This document shows positions 54,716 through 64,000 of a stretch of DNA of 64,000 bases, piece after piece. The stretch's first letter is position 1. Each line of letters begins with the position of its first letter. The DNA is from Dehalococcoidia bacterium (GTDB lineage: Bacteria > Chloroflexota > Dehalococcoidia > UBA6926): NCBI GenBank assembly GCA_965214725.1, contig OZ243973.1, positions 1,468,079-1,532,078 on the forward strand, written 5' to 3'. The notes beneath the pieces are model-generated. The model did not search any database. It was not told where the DNA came from and was given only the letters and a program-made list of their open reading frames with translations. The translations under genes and the position numbers were made by a program.

Positions 54716-55446
54716 GCCGACTGTCCCGGGTCGTGCGGCTCTGAGATGCCGCGACGGCGGAGCACAGCCTCCGCGTAGGCGAGATCAATCGGTGTCGTGA
54801 CCTTGATATTGGCCGGATCGCCGTCAAATGTATGCACCGGCAGGCCTAGCGCCTCAACAAGAGAGGCGTCATCAAGCACCAGGTCCGGGGGTGTCTCATC
54901 ATGGGCGCGGCGCAGGAGCGCGCCGTGGAAGACCTGCGGCGTCTGCGCGGCATAGAGACGCGACCTGTCCGGCGTCGCCAACACCGTTCCATCTGGAGCA
55001 ATCTCCTTGATGGTGTCCTGCGCAGGGATGACAGGGATTGCGGCGCCCGTTTCACGCGCCAGCGCGACGCCACGAGTGATGAGGTCTGTCGTTATGCATG
55101 GCCGTGCGCCGTCATGCACGACAATCAGGTTGCTCTCATCCGTGGAACGGACCGCTCCCTCCACCGATTCCCGGCGTGTGCGCCCACCCCCCATGATTGA
55201 GCGTACCTTGCTGAAGCCCATGACCTCACACAGTTTCGTGGCCGTCTCTATGCCGTTTGGTGGGACGACGAGCATCACGCGGTCGATCTCCTCAGATTCC
55301 TCCATGACGCGCAATGAATAGGCGACCATCTCCCGGCCGAGCAACGGTTGAAATGCCTTCTCGACTCCACCCATGCGGACGCCGGATCCGGCAGCGACAA
55401 TGACGCCGATGACGGCTGAAATTGGTGTGTCTGTGGAGGCGTTCAC
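54712..55446 (-). CDS. ispD: 2-C-methyl-D-erythritol 4-phosphate cytidylyltransferase.
   Basis: AVIVAAGSGVRMGG...VVHDGARP. It overlaps ispF by 4 nt. Confidence 0.85.
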   Translation of the reverse strand: MNASTDTPISAVIGVIVAAGSGVRMGGVEKAFQPLLGREMVAYSLRVMEESEEIDRVMLVVPPNGIETATKLCEVMGFSKVRSIMGGGRTRRESVEGAVRSTDESNLIVVHDGARPCITTDLITRGVALARETGAAIPVIPAQDTIKEIAPDGTVLATPDRSRLYAAQTPQVFHGALLRRAHDETPPDLVLDDASLVEALGLPVHTFDGDPANIKVTTPIDLAYAEAVLRRRGISEPHDPGQSA

Positions 55447-55535
55447 AGATGATAGTGTACCGCGTGGCGCAGCGTCTCCGTGCTACGATTTGCCGCAAGA
55501 CAAGCAGACTGCATACGTGGACGGAGGTTGGAACG

Positions 55536-55967
55536 ATGGCTCAACTCCACAAACCGATAGCAGCCAGTCTCTGGCTCGCTGCCGCCGTCATAGTGTTCTG
55601 GTCCATTTTCAGCCCGTTGCTGGACGAGTGGTTTGGCGATTCAATCGATGTTCACGTTGTCTGGACGTACCTGGAACCACTGACCGCTATTGGCGCGGTT
55701 ATCGTCCTCATCTATACGTGGCGGCGTGGAGTAGGCGACGTCGGCGCCGGCAATCAGGCCGTGACGCGCGGCTGGCTGGCGCACACCACCCTTTTCTTCG
55801 TTGTGGCGTTCCTTCTGCTGCTGCTTGCCGGCAACTACGTGGTTGACAGCATACTCGGCACTATGGATAGTGGCGGGTACCGCAGCCTGATCTGGGTCAT
55901 CATCAACGCCGGCATCCCACTCTCATTCCTCGCCGTTGGCACGCTGATGTGGGGGGACGAGGGCTAG
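55536..55967 (+). CDS. Hypothetical small membrane protein (4 predicted TM segments).
   Basis: MAQLHKPIAASLWLAAAVIVFWSIF... GGAGG lies upstream of the ATG at 55536. Confidence 0.45.
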   Translation: MAQLHKPIAASLWLAAAVIVFWSIFSPLLDEWFGDSIDVHVVWTYLEPLTAIGAVIVLIYTWRRGVGDVGAGNQAVTRGWLAHTTLFFVVAFLLLLLAGNYVVDSILGTMDSGGYRSLIWVIINAGIPLSFLAVGTLMWGDEG

Positions 55968-55995
55968 CGAACGCAGCACACGCCTGAAAGCGTGA

Positions 55996-58491
55996 TCAGC
56001 GGGTAACCAGATTGAGCAGGCGTCCGGGGACGTAGATGACGCGCGCCGGCTCCGAGCCGTTCAGCGCAGTCTGAATCTTCTCGCTAGACAGCGCGGCCTC
56101 TCGCGCGGCCTCCTCGCCAAGCCCTGCGGCAACCATCAGGCGGTCACGCAGCTTGCCGTCCACCTGCACAATCAGCGTCACCTCGTCCGCGTGCGTAAGT
56201 GATTCATCATACGTGGGCCATGGCTGACGATGGATGGAATACGGATTGCCGATCATCTCCCACAACTCCTCCGTGATATGGGGCGCAATGGGCGCGAGCA
56301 ACAGCAGCAACGTGTCATAGGCATCACGCCATTCCGCGCTGCGCGTCACGTCCGGCTGATCAGACTCGACGCGTGACAGCGTGTTCGTGAACGTCATCAG
56401 CGCGGCAATCATCGTGTTGAACTGAAAGCCCTCGATATCCTCACTGGCTTTCTGGATTGTCCGGTGCTTTTCTCGTGTCAGCTCAGTGGCGATGTTAGCG
56501 GGAGCGGCATGGCCCTCATCCTGGCGGCGCGCTGAGGACAGCTCCCAGACGCGATTGAACCACCGAGGAATGCCACGGATTCCCTGCGTGCTCCACGCCC
56601 CGCCCTGGTCCCACGGGCCCACAAACATCAGATACGCCCGCACCGCATCCGCGCCGAGCACTGCCGTTTGCTCATCCGGATTCACGACGTTGCCACGGCT
56701 CTTGGACATCTTCTCGTGATCCTCACCGAGAATGATGCCCTGATTGAAGAGCCGCTTGAATGGCTCATCAAACGTCAGCAGTCCAAGGTCGCGCAGGGCC
56801 TTGGTGAAGAACCTCGCATAAAGGAGGTGCATGACGGCATGCTCCGCGCCGCCGGTATAGAGATCAACGGGCCCCCATCGCGCCATCTCTGACGGGTCAA
56901 ACGCCATGCCGGTCCCCGCCTCAGGGCTTGTATACCTGAATTGGTACCACGCGGAATCGACGAACGTGTCCATCGTGTCCGTCTCGCGCTCAGCGTCCTC
57001 ATTCCCGCAGTGCGGGCACGCGACATGGCGGAACTGATCGTGATTCTTGAGGGGTGACTCGCCTGTCGGCAGAAACTCAGCATCATCCGGCAAGAGGACG
57101 GGAAGCTGATCCTCCGGCACCGGGACACTGCCGCAGTCCGGGCAATAGATGATCGGGATCGGCGTGCCCCAATAGCGCTGCCTGGAAACCAGCCAGTCAC
57201 GCATCCGATACGAGACCGTTGGACCACCCCAGCCGTTCTCCTCAAGATGCTGGGCGATGGCCGCCTTGCCCTCCTCATTCGGGAGCCCGGTAAAGGGGCC
57301 GGAATTGACCATGACACCGGGATCGATATACGCCTCCGTCAGCGGCTCGCCGTCATAGCCCTCCGGAGCGATAACAACCTCAACCGGGATTCCATACGTG
57401 GACGCGAACGCAAAGTCGCGTTCATCATGTGCCGGAACACCCATCACCGCGCCCGTCCCGTACGTCGCCAGAGCGTAATCGGCAATCCACAGCGCGACCC
57501 TTTGCCCGTTGAGGCGATTGATGCAATACGTTCCGAGGGGGACGCCCGTCTTTTCCTTATCGGCGGCAAGCCGCTCAATCTCGGTGAGGCGGCGCGCCTG
57601 CGCCACATATGCCTCAACCTCCGCGCGCTGCTCAGACGTGGTAAGGGCGGGGACGAGGGGATGCTCCGGCGCGAGCACCATGAAGGTCACGCCATAGGAC
57701 GTGTCGGGCCGCGTCGTGAAGACGCGCAGTTCATCAACATCCAGACCCGGCACATCCAGCCCAAAGGAGATCTCTGCGCCCTCAGAGCGGCCGATCCAGT
57801 TGGTCTGCATCAAATTGATGCGTTCCGGCCAATCAATCCGTGAGTTATCCAGCAGCTCATCCGCGTAGTCCGTAATGCGGAAGAACCACTGCTCCAGGTC
57901 TCGCTGATAGACGACGGTGCCGCAGCGTTCACATGTGCCGTCCGCCATGACCTGTTCACGGGCAAGGGTGGTCTGGTCTTTTTCACACCAATTGACGGGG
58001 GCCATTGCGCGATATGCAATGCCGCTCTCATACATCTTGAGGAAAAAATACTGATTCCACGTGTAGTACTCGGGCAGGCAGGTTATGACTTCGCGCCGCC
58101 AGTCATAGGACGCGCCGATGGTCTTGAGCTGGGCGCGCATCCGGTCAACGTTATCGAGAGTCCATTTTTGCGGGTGGATATCACGCTGAATTGCCGCGTT
58201 CTCTGCCGGCAGCCCAAATGCGTCAAAACCCATCGGATGCAGCACGTTGTAGCCGCGCATGCGCATGTATCGCGCATGCGCATCCGCCGGCGCCTCCGCA
58301 TACCAGTGGCCAACGTGGAGATCGCCGGACGTATACGGGAACATCGTCAAGGCATACCACTTGGGGCGGGAATCATCAGGGTTGGCCTCATGCAGGCCAT
58401 CCGCCTCCCATCGCTCCTGCCATTTCCGATCAAGGGCGATGGGGTCATACCGAAGGTTGTAGGGATTGCGCGCGCCCCGCTCCGCTGCCAT
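55996..58491 (-). CDS. leuS: Leucine--tRNA ligase.
   Basis: 831 aa. FPYTSGDLHVGHWYAEAPAD and KMSKSRGN. Confidence 0.9.
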   Translation of the reverse strand: MAAERGARNPYNLRYDPIALDRKWQERWEADGLHEANPDDSRPKWYALTMFPYTSGDLHVGHWYAEAPADAHARYMRMRGYNVLHPMGFDAFGLPAENAAIQRDIHPQKWTLDNVDRMRAQLKTIGASYDWRREVITCLPEYYTWNQYFFLKMYESGIAYRAMAPVNWCEKDQTTLAREQVMADGTCERCGTVVYQRDLEQWFFRITDYADELLDNSRIDWPERINLMQTNWIGRSEGAEISFGLDVPGLDVDELRVFTTRPDTSYGVTFMVLAPEHPLVPALTTSEQRAEVEAYVAQARRLTEIERLAADKEKTGVPLGTYCINRLNGQRVALWIADYALATYGTGAVMGVPAHDERDFAFASTYGIPVEVVIAPEGYDGEPLTEAYIDPGVMVNSGPFTGLPNEEGKAAIAQHLEENGWGGPTVSYRMRDWLVSRQRYWGTPIPIIYCPDCGSVPVPEDQLPVLLPDDAEFLPTGESPLKNHDQFRHVACPHCGNEDAERETDTMDTFVDSAWYQFRYTSPEAGTGMAFDPSEMARWGPVDLYTGGAEHAVMHLLYARFFTKALRDLGLLTFDEPFKRLFNQGIILGEDHEKMSKSRGNVVNPDEQTAVLGADAVRAYLMFVGPWDQGGAWSTQGIRGIPRWFNRVWELSSARRQDEGHAAPANIATELTREKHRTIQKASEDIEGFQFNTMIAALMTFTNTLSRVESDQPDVTRSAEWRDAYDTLLLLLAPIAPHITEELWEMIGNPYSIHRQPWPTYDESLTHADEVTLIVQVDGKLRDRLMVAAGLGEEAAREAALSSEKIQTALNGSEPARVIYVPGRLLNLVTR

Positions 58492-58602
58492 TGAGTATCC
58501 GTCTCCTGCACGTTTCCTTCTGTGCTGCCACTGCCTGTTCAGTATACAGGGCTGCCCCCGGCCACTGGCGCGCGGCGCATATACTGAGACAGCTCAGGGG
58601 GG

Positions 58603-59088
58603 ATGATGGACTACCTGATTGAACGCGTGTCTGAGGACGCCGAGACCCGGCACGATGTGCTCATCCTCCGCAGCGTAGAAGGCGCGGACCGAGTGGCGCT
58701 GAACGTCGCGGAGAAAGAGTCCATTGTCCTGCGGAGCCTGCTGTCTGAGGACGGTATGCCGGGCAGGAATGTCCTCGATCACCTGAAGAACACGGCGTCT
58801 CGCGGCGCCGGTGTCGTTATCAGGATCAAGCTGATTATGAGTGACACCAGGGACGGCGCCGCCCTCATGCCCGTGCTTGTGATGCGCACGGTCGATTCAG
58901 ACGCTGAACAGGACGTGCCCGCCTCCCTCGCGCACGCGGCAGCGTGGTCGATCGCTCTGGGGCTCCCCCTCGAGATCGATGATGCTGTGATTCCGGCGCT
59001 CCAATCTGCGGTCACGGTGATCCCCGGTGAGGCGCCCAGCGGCTTTCGTGATTTCCTCGCCGGCCTTGAGGACATTGATAGGGTGTGA
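58603..59088 (+). CDS. Bifunctional-nuclease (BFN/DUF151) family protein.
   Basis: ESIVLRSLLSEDGMPGRNVLDHLKN...DGAALMPVLVMRT...ASLAHAAAWSIALGLPL parallels the BFN pattern (...RPMTHDLLKN...FALIEI...PSDAIALALR..API). Confidence 0.5.
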   Translation: MMDYLIERVSEDAETRHDVLILRSVEGADRVALNVAEKESIVLRSLLSEDGMPGRNVLDHLKNTASRGAGVVIRIKLIMSDTRDGAALMPVLVMRTVDSDAEQDVPASLAHAAAWSIALGLPLEIDDAVIPALQSAVTVIPGEAPSGFRDFLAGLEDIDRV

Positions 59089-59251
59089 CGGCAGAAGGGC
59101 ATCGGTCGGGACACGTATTTGACACCCTTGCAACGCATAGGTATCTTGGTTTTGGACCCTTGACAGGGGCTATTTTTATTTGCGGCGTACGTGAGTGACC
59201 GGGTGAGGGGCGTACCGTCTACACAGGACGCGGGGGATTGTCACGCTGTCA

Positions 59252-60337
59252 ATGAATGACCATCACATCCGTTTACGCCTTGAGCAGCTGGAAGAGCAGA
59301 CGCTCTCTCCCTTCGCTCAACTCAGCCGTGACACGCAGGGGCGGCGCATACCTGAAGAGCCATCCTTCATGCGGACTGAGTATCAGCGTGATCGGGACCG
59401 TGTTATCCACGCAAAGGCATTCCGCCGCCTCAAGCACAAGACACAGGTATTCATTGCCCCGCTCGGAGATCATTTCTCCACACGCCTCTCACACACCCTT
59501 GAGGTTGCGCAGATTGCCCGCTCCATCGCCCGCGCACTCCGCCTCAACGAGGACCTCGCTGAGGCCATCGCCCTTGCGCATGACCTTGGTCACACGCCCT
59601 TTGGCCACCTTGGCGAGGAGTTCTTTGATGCGCGAATTCCCGGCGGCTATCGCCATGCCGAGCAGAGCCTCCGCGTTGTTGATTCCCTCGAGAAGGATGG
59701 CAGGGGACTCAACCTGACATGGGAGGTGAGGCAGGGCGTCCTCAATCACTCCAAGGGACGCGGGAATCTGCAGCCAATCCGCCGGAGCGATGGCGACATC
59801 ACCCTTGAAGCTGAGATCTGCCGTCTCAGTGACGCCATCGCCTACATCAACCATGACTTGGGCGATGCATTGCGCGCTCGCGTCCTTGAGCCGGCTGACA
59901 TCCCCGCGCATGTCAGCGCGACCCTCGGCAGCCGCCACGCTGAGCGCATCAATACCATTATCACGGACCTTGTGCAGACATCATGGCCTGTTACGGGTGA
60001 GGGCGCCGTCCCTGCGGAAAGCCGCCCCGTCATTACGATGAGCCAACCGGTGCTGCGCGCCGTGATTGATCTCCGTGAATACCTCTTCGACAACGTCTAT
60101 CTGCCCGCCGCGCGTTCCCAGAACGAGGAGCCACTCCGAATCCTTGAAACCCTGTGGGATACCTTTTCACGGAACCCGGACCTGATACCGGAAGGGTATG
60201 CGCAGCCCGGTGATGACCCTCTGCGCCGCGCAGTCGACTATATCTCCGGCATGACAGATCACTACGCCGCACGGGCCGCTGCTGATTTGCAGGCAGGGCG
60301 GCGCCCCATTGCGCCAATGGCGGAGATGGCGCTATGA
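59252..60337 (+). CDS. HD-domain deoxyguanosinetriphosphate triphosphohydrolase-like protein.
   Basis: RDRDRVIHAKAFRRLKHKTQVF...THSLEVAQIARSIARAL...HDLGHTPFGH. Confidence 0.8.
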   Translation: MNDHHIRLRLEQLEEQTLSPFAQLSRDTQGRRIPEEPSFMRTEYQRDRDRVIHAKAFRRLKHKTQVFIAPLGDHFSTRLSHTLEVAQIARSIARALRLNEDLAEAIALAHDLGHTPFGHLGEEFFDARIPGGYRHAEQSLRVVDSLEKDGRGLNLTWEVRQGVLNHSKGRGNLQPIRRSDGDITLEAEICRLSDAIAYINHDLGDALRARVLEPADIPAHVSATLGSRHAERINTIITDLVQTSWPVTGEGAVPAESRPVITMSQPVLRAVIDLREYLFDNVYLPAARSQNEEPLRILETLWDTFSRNPDLIPEGYAQPGDDPLRRAVDYISGMTDHYAARAAADLQAGRRPIAPMAEMAL

Positions 60338-62250
60338 CCCTCGTCGATGACGTCAAGGCACGCACGGACATCGTTGAACTTGTACAGTCGCGCGTTCAAC
60401 TCATGAAGGCAGGGCGCAATTTCAAGGCGAATTGCCCGTTCCACAATGAGAAAACCCCCTCATTCTTTGTCTTTCCGGAACGCGGCACGTGGCACTGCTT
60501 TGGCGCATGCGGCACCGGCGGAGATGCCTTCTCATTCATTCAGCGCGCTGACAACCTCACCTTCTCTGAATCGCTGTCCAGGTTGGCGGAGAGGGCAGGC
60601 GTGCCAATCCCTGAGACCCGTACACAGCAGGATGAGACGACCCGGCAGCGAAATGAGTCGCTCTACACGATCCTGCAGAACACTGCCGATTATTTTCATC
60701 GAATTCTCATGTATTCTCCTGCCGGCGAGCAGGCGCTGCGCTACCTGCATGAGCGTGGCATCAGTGACGGGACGATTCAGGATTTCCAGCTCGGCATGGC
60801 TCCCAAGGGCTGGGAAGTCCTGACGGGCCATCTGGCCGACCTCGGCCACAGCAAGGAGCAGATGCTCGCTGCAGGCCTCATCATTGAGCGGGACGGTGAC
60901 GCGGAGGGCTCGTATGATCGTTTCCGCGAACGGCTCATGTTTCCGATTCGAGACGGAAAAGGCCGCGTCATCGGTTTCGGCGCCCGCGCGCTTGATGACT
61001 CGCAGCCGAAATACCTCAATTCGCCGCAAACGCCGCTCTTTGACAAGAGCGGCGCTCTTTTTGCGCTCGATCGCGCAGAGAAATCCATCCGTGACGAGGG
61101 TGAGGTGATCCTGGTTGAGGGATACATGGACGCGCTGCAGGCCCATCAAGCCGGGTTCAGCAACGTCGTTGCCATCATGGGCACCGCTCTGACGGAGCGT
61201 CAGGTTGGCCTTGTGCGGAGCATGGCGCGCCGCTATGCCCTCGCTCTTGACCCGGACACGGCCGGTGAGGAGGCGACGCGCCGCAGCCTGGAGGGCGCGT
61301 TTGATATCTTCAGGCGGGAAAATGTCCGCGCCTCCAACGCGTCCGTCCCCATGGGTGTCCGTCGTGAACTGCCCAAGCTCCGCATCATTGCCCTGCCGCC
61401 GGACCGTGATCCGGATGATGTCATCCGTGATGACCCTGACGAATGGCGCAGGCGGGTTGCTGAGGCAACCCCCATCCTTGAGTACCTCATCCGGCGGGAG
61501 GCCGCTCACCCGGACGCGGCCACACCGGAGGGGCGGCTTGAGGCCGTCAACCGCATCTTCCCGCTCATTACTGCCCTGGCGAACCCCTTTGAGCAACAGC
61601 AGGCCTTCAGCAGCCTTGCCGCCGCGCTCAAGATTGATGAACGGAGCCTAGAGGCGGCCGTCGGGCGTCCTGAACGGCTGCAGCGGGGTGGCCGACGTGA
61701 TAACGCCGGCGCCGGCCGGCAGTCTGCCAATCGGATCACGGACGCTGCCTCAATCGGCGCGGACGCCCTCAAGGAGGATCGCGGTGATGTCGTAGAGGAG
61801 CATCTGCTCGGACTTGTCTTTACGCACGATAATGAGATATTCGAGGCGTGGAAGCGTCTCGAGCTGCTTGAGGTACCCGAATCATTCTTCTGGAACCCGG
61901 AGAACCGCGAGCACTGGCGTGTGCTGATGACGGCAGACCCGGTGCGCCGTGCTGAGGCCATGATCAGTCCGGATGCTGAACGCTTTCGCTCCGCGCTCCC
62001 GGTACAGCTTGATCGGCGTGGCATCAGCAAGGCGCTCAGCGATCTTGTGCGCCGTATGTGGGAACGGCAGCTCAAGCACGACGAGGTGGAGGCGGCGGAG
62101 GCCGTTGCCTCACTTTCGGAGGACGATGGCGCGGCGGCGGAATCTCTCCGCGCAATGACTGATGAGATGAAAACGCAATTTGAAGACCGCATTCAGCAAC
62201 TGCGCGCCGTTCAAAACAGCGCGTGGACCAGAAACAGTTACAGAGCGTAG
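60334..62250 (+). CDS. dnaG: DNA primase.
   Basis: [13 protein letters not shown]...[15 protein letters not shown] (CHC2 zinc finger) and TOPRIM EGYMDAL. It overlaps the preceding gene by 4 nt. Confidence 0.9.
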   Translation: MTLVDDVKARTDIVELVQSRVQLMKAGRNFKANCPFHNEKTPSFFVFPERGTWHCFGACGTGGDAFSFIQRADNLTFSESLSRLAERAGVPIPETRTQQDETTRQRNESLYTILQNTADYFHRILMYSPAGEQALRYLHERGISDGTIQDFQLGMAPKGWEVLTGHLADLGHSKEQMLAAGLIIERDGDAEGSYDRFRERLMFPIRDGKGRVIGFGARALDDSQPKYLNSPQTPLFDKSGALFALDRAEKSIRDEGEVILVEGYMDALQAHQAGFSNVVAIMGTALTERQVGLVRSMARRYALALDPDTAGEEATRRSLEGAFDIFRRENVRASNASVPMGVRRELPKLRIIALPPDRDPDDVIRDDPDEWRRRVAEATPILEYLIRREAAHPDAATPEGRLEAVNRIFPLITALANPFEQQQAFSSLAAALKIDERSLEAAVGRPERLQRGGRRDNAGAGRQSANRITDAASIGADALKEDRGDVVEEHLLGLVFTHDNEIFEAWKRLELLEVPESFFWNPENREHWRVLMTADPVRRAEAMISPDAERFRSALPVQLDRRGISKALSDLVRRMWERQLKHDEVEAAEAVASLSEDDGAAAESLRAMTDEMKTQFEDRIQQLRAVQNSAWTRNSYRA

Positions 62251-62264
62251 AACGGAGGACACAC

Positions 62265-63782
62265 ATGACCTGGCAATCCGGCGTTATCAGCATCAGCGAC
62301 GATGAGTCCGGCTCCCTGGCACAGAGGGTCGCCAACGGCGTGGTTACACTGGATCCGACGTCATCCGCAGAGTTTCTGCGGGCGTTGCCCAACGCCACCA
62401 AACCTGAGGAGGAGTGGCCGGCATCCCGAGAGGAATGGAGGGAAGCGCAGCGCCTTGCCGCGGAAGCGGAAGCAGAGGCTGCGGCCGAACAGTCCGATGC
62501 TGAAGCGTTGGATGACCCTGTCCGCATGTACTTGCGGGAGATCGGTCGTGTCGGCCTGCTGGATGCGCGAAAAGAGAAGGACCTTGCACGCAAGGCGGAG
62601 GGATGGCGGCAACTCCTGGAACTTGAGCACCAGATTCGCAAGTCAACCGGCCGCAACGCCTCAATCGCAGATGTCTCCATCAACTTACTCAACAAACTGG
62701 CGACACATACGGAATTGGCCACCATCCTGATTGAGCATCTTGAATTTGAGACGCCCTGCACGCTCCTCACTCTCAAGGAATCCCCCGAGCTCCAGAAGGT
62801 TATTGATGTTGAGATGCATCATGAGCTCGCTGAGGAATTTGCCCTCAAGATGAATCGTGAGCCGGAGGATGTTGAGCGCGAGATCATCGAGTTCTCGTTG
62901 CAGCGGTGGCTCCTCCCCACACCCCTCCTGCGCGTCTTTGCGCCCTCGCTCACCCTGGAGACGATTCCCTTCTTCCTCTCCACACATGACATCCATGAGG
63001 CTGTCGACATGGCGCAAGACGAATGTCGCGACTACCTGGATGAGATCAGGCGGGCCGGTGAGGCGGCGCAGCAGAGCATGACGGAGGCTAATCTGCGTCT
63101 CGTCGTGAGCGTTGCCAAGAAATACATCGGGCGAGGCATGAACCTGCTGGATCTTGTTCAGGAGGGCAACATCGGCCTCATCCGTGCCGTGGAGAAGTTT
63201 GATTACCGCAAGGGCTTCAAATTCTCTACGTACGCGACGTGGTGGATACGGCAGGCCATCACCCGTTCAATCGCTGATCAGGCGCGCACCATCCGCATCC
63301 CCGTCCACATGGTGGAGACCATCAACAAACTTCTGCGAGAGAACCGGCGCCTCGTGCAGGAGCTGGGCCGTGAGCCCACAACCGAGGAGATTGCGGAGCA
63401 GATGGAGATCACACCGGACCGCGTCCGGGAGATCCTCAAGATTTCGCAGGAACCGGTATCGCTTGAGACTCCCATCGGCGAAGAGGAAGACTCCCATCTT
63501 GGCGATTTCATCGAGGACAAGGCCGCGCTTGCCCCGGCCGATGCCGCCTCCTATCAGCTCCTCAAGGAACAGATAGGGAGTGTGCTTGATACGCTCAGCG
63601 GGCGCGAGCGGCGTGTCCTGCAGCTGCGCTTTGGGTTGGATGACGGGCGCAGCCGGACCTTGGAAGAGGTGGGGCGTGAGTTCAGCGTCACACGTGAGCG
63701 CATACGTCAGATTGAAGCCAAGGCGCTCCGCAAGCTCCGCCACCCCACCCGCAGCCGTCGCCTGCGTGATTTCCTCGCCTGA
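62265..63782 (+). CDS. rpoD: RNA polymerase sigma factor, sigma-70 family (primary sigma). The start could alternatively be 62223.
   Basis: [54 protein letters not shown]...[27 protein letters not shown]. Confidence 0.9.
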   Translation: MTWQSGVISISDDESGSLAQRVANGVVTLDPTSSAEFLRALPNATKPEEEWPASREEWREAQRLAAEAEAEAAAEQSDAEALDDPVRMYLREIGRVGLLDARKEKDLARKAEGWRQLLELEHQIRKSTGRNASIADVSINLLNKLATHTELATILIEHLEFETPCTLLTLKESPELQKVIDVEMHHELAEEFALKMNREPEDVEREIIEFSLQRWLLPTPLLRVFAPSLTLETIPFFLSTHDIHEAVDMAQDECRDYLDEIRRAGEAAQQSMTEANLRLVVSVAKKYIGRGMNLLDLVQEGNIGLIRAVEKFDYRKGFKFSTYATWWIRQAITRSIADQARTIRIPVHMVETINKLLRENRRLVQELGREPTTEEIAEQMEITPDRVREILKISQEPVSLETPIGEEEDSHLGDFIEDKAALAPADAASYQLLKEQIGSVLDTLSGRERRVLQLRFGLDDGRSRTLEEVGREFSVTRERIRQIEAKALRKLRHPTRSRRLRDFLA

Positions 63783-64000
63783 CTAACGGTTCCCGCCCAA
63801 CGCGCGTACACGCCGGACAATGTCCGGCAATAGGCCTAGAACGCGGTCGATGTCACCGTCCGTGTTGTCACGCCCGAGTGTGAGGCGCAGGCTGTTGCGT
63901 GCCAGGTCATGCGGTTTACCCATCGCAGTCAGAACGTGTGAGGGCTCAATGGAGCCGGACGTGCATGCGCTGCCGGACGATGCGGCGATTCCGGCGATAT
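63783..64000 (-). CDS. Cysteine desulfurase (NifS/IscS-like), 3' end only. The gene continues beyond the window.
   Basis: The minus-strand translation is ...[71 protein letters not shown]. This matches the conserved C-terminus of class-V aminotransferase desulfurases. Confidence 0.65.
   Translation of the reverse strand, partial: IAGIAASSGSACTSGSIEPSHVLTAMGKPHDLARNSLRLTLGRDNTDGDIDRVLGLLPDIVRRVRALGGNR

Overview
This is a visibly GC-rich (roughly two-thirds G+C by eye) bacterial chromosomal segment with two parts. No homology search was possible; all calls rest on reading the translations and the nucleotide sequence.

**Left part, 1..~37.5 kb (accessory-like):**
- A giant ORF enters the window from upstream and ends at 24776. 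At least 8,258 codons lie inside the window. It is built almost entirely of tandem Calx-beta-like domains of about 110 aa, in two alternating subtypes with about 710 nt per pair. Two further subtypes are inserted sporadically. Blocks of several hundred nucleotides are near-identical to each other. A divergent C-terminal region contains a Pro-Thr linker.
- Next comes a probable lipid-export cluster: an MMPL/RND transporter, an LprG/LppX-like lipoprotein, and a 14-TM MFS pump joined to the lipoprotein by overlapping stop and start codons. This resembles the mycobacterial lprG-p55 operon.
- Then an SDR oxidoreductase, a hypothetical gene bracketed by two copies of a 35-nt element that carries a perfect ATTGTACAAT palindrome, and an NCS2-type permease with an extra C-terminal domain.
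- Last, a 1,294-aa secreted protein with Calx-beta-like, FN3, PT-linker and tandemly duplicated Cys-bounded C-terminal domains.

**Right part (core housekeeping genes with small insertions):**
- tRNA-Ala(CGC).
- Two tandem paralogous SCP-x-type thiolase + DUF35 OB-fold modules. The second thiolase carries two in-frame TGA codons in an otherwise intact frame.
- A VOC/glyoxalase gene, then a 16-nt G homopolymer.
- A RapA-like SNF2 ATPase that is translationally coupled to an unknown acidic, Trp-rich 321-aa protein.
- A GlcG-like (DUF336, putative heme-binding) protein.
- surE, an NYN-domain protein, and a K+-type H+-pyrophosphatase.
- gatB-secG, a HAD hydrolase, cysS-ispF-ispD, leuS, a BFN-type nuclease, and dgt-like-dnaG-rpoD.
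- A partial cysteine desulfurase at the right edge.

No CRISPR array, rRNA or recognisable transposase/integrase was seen.
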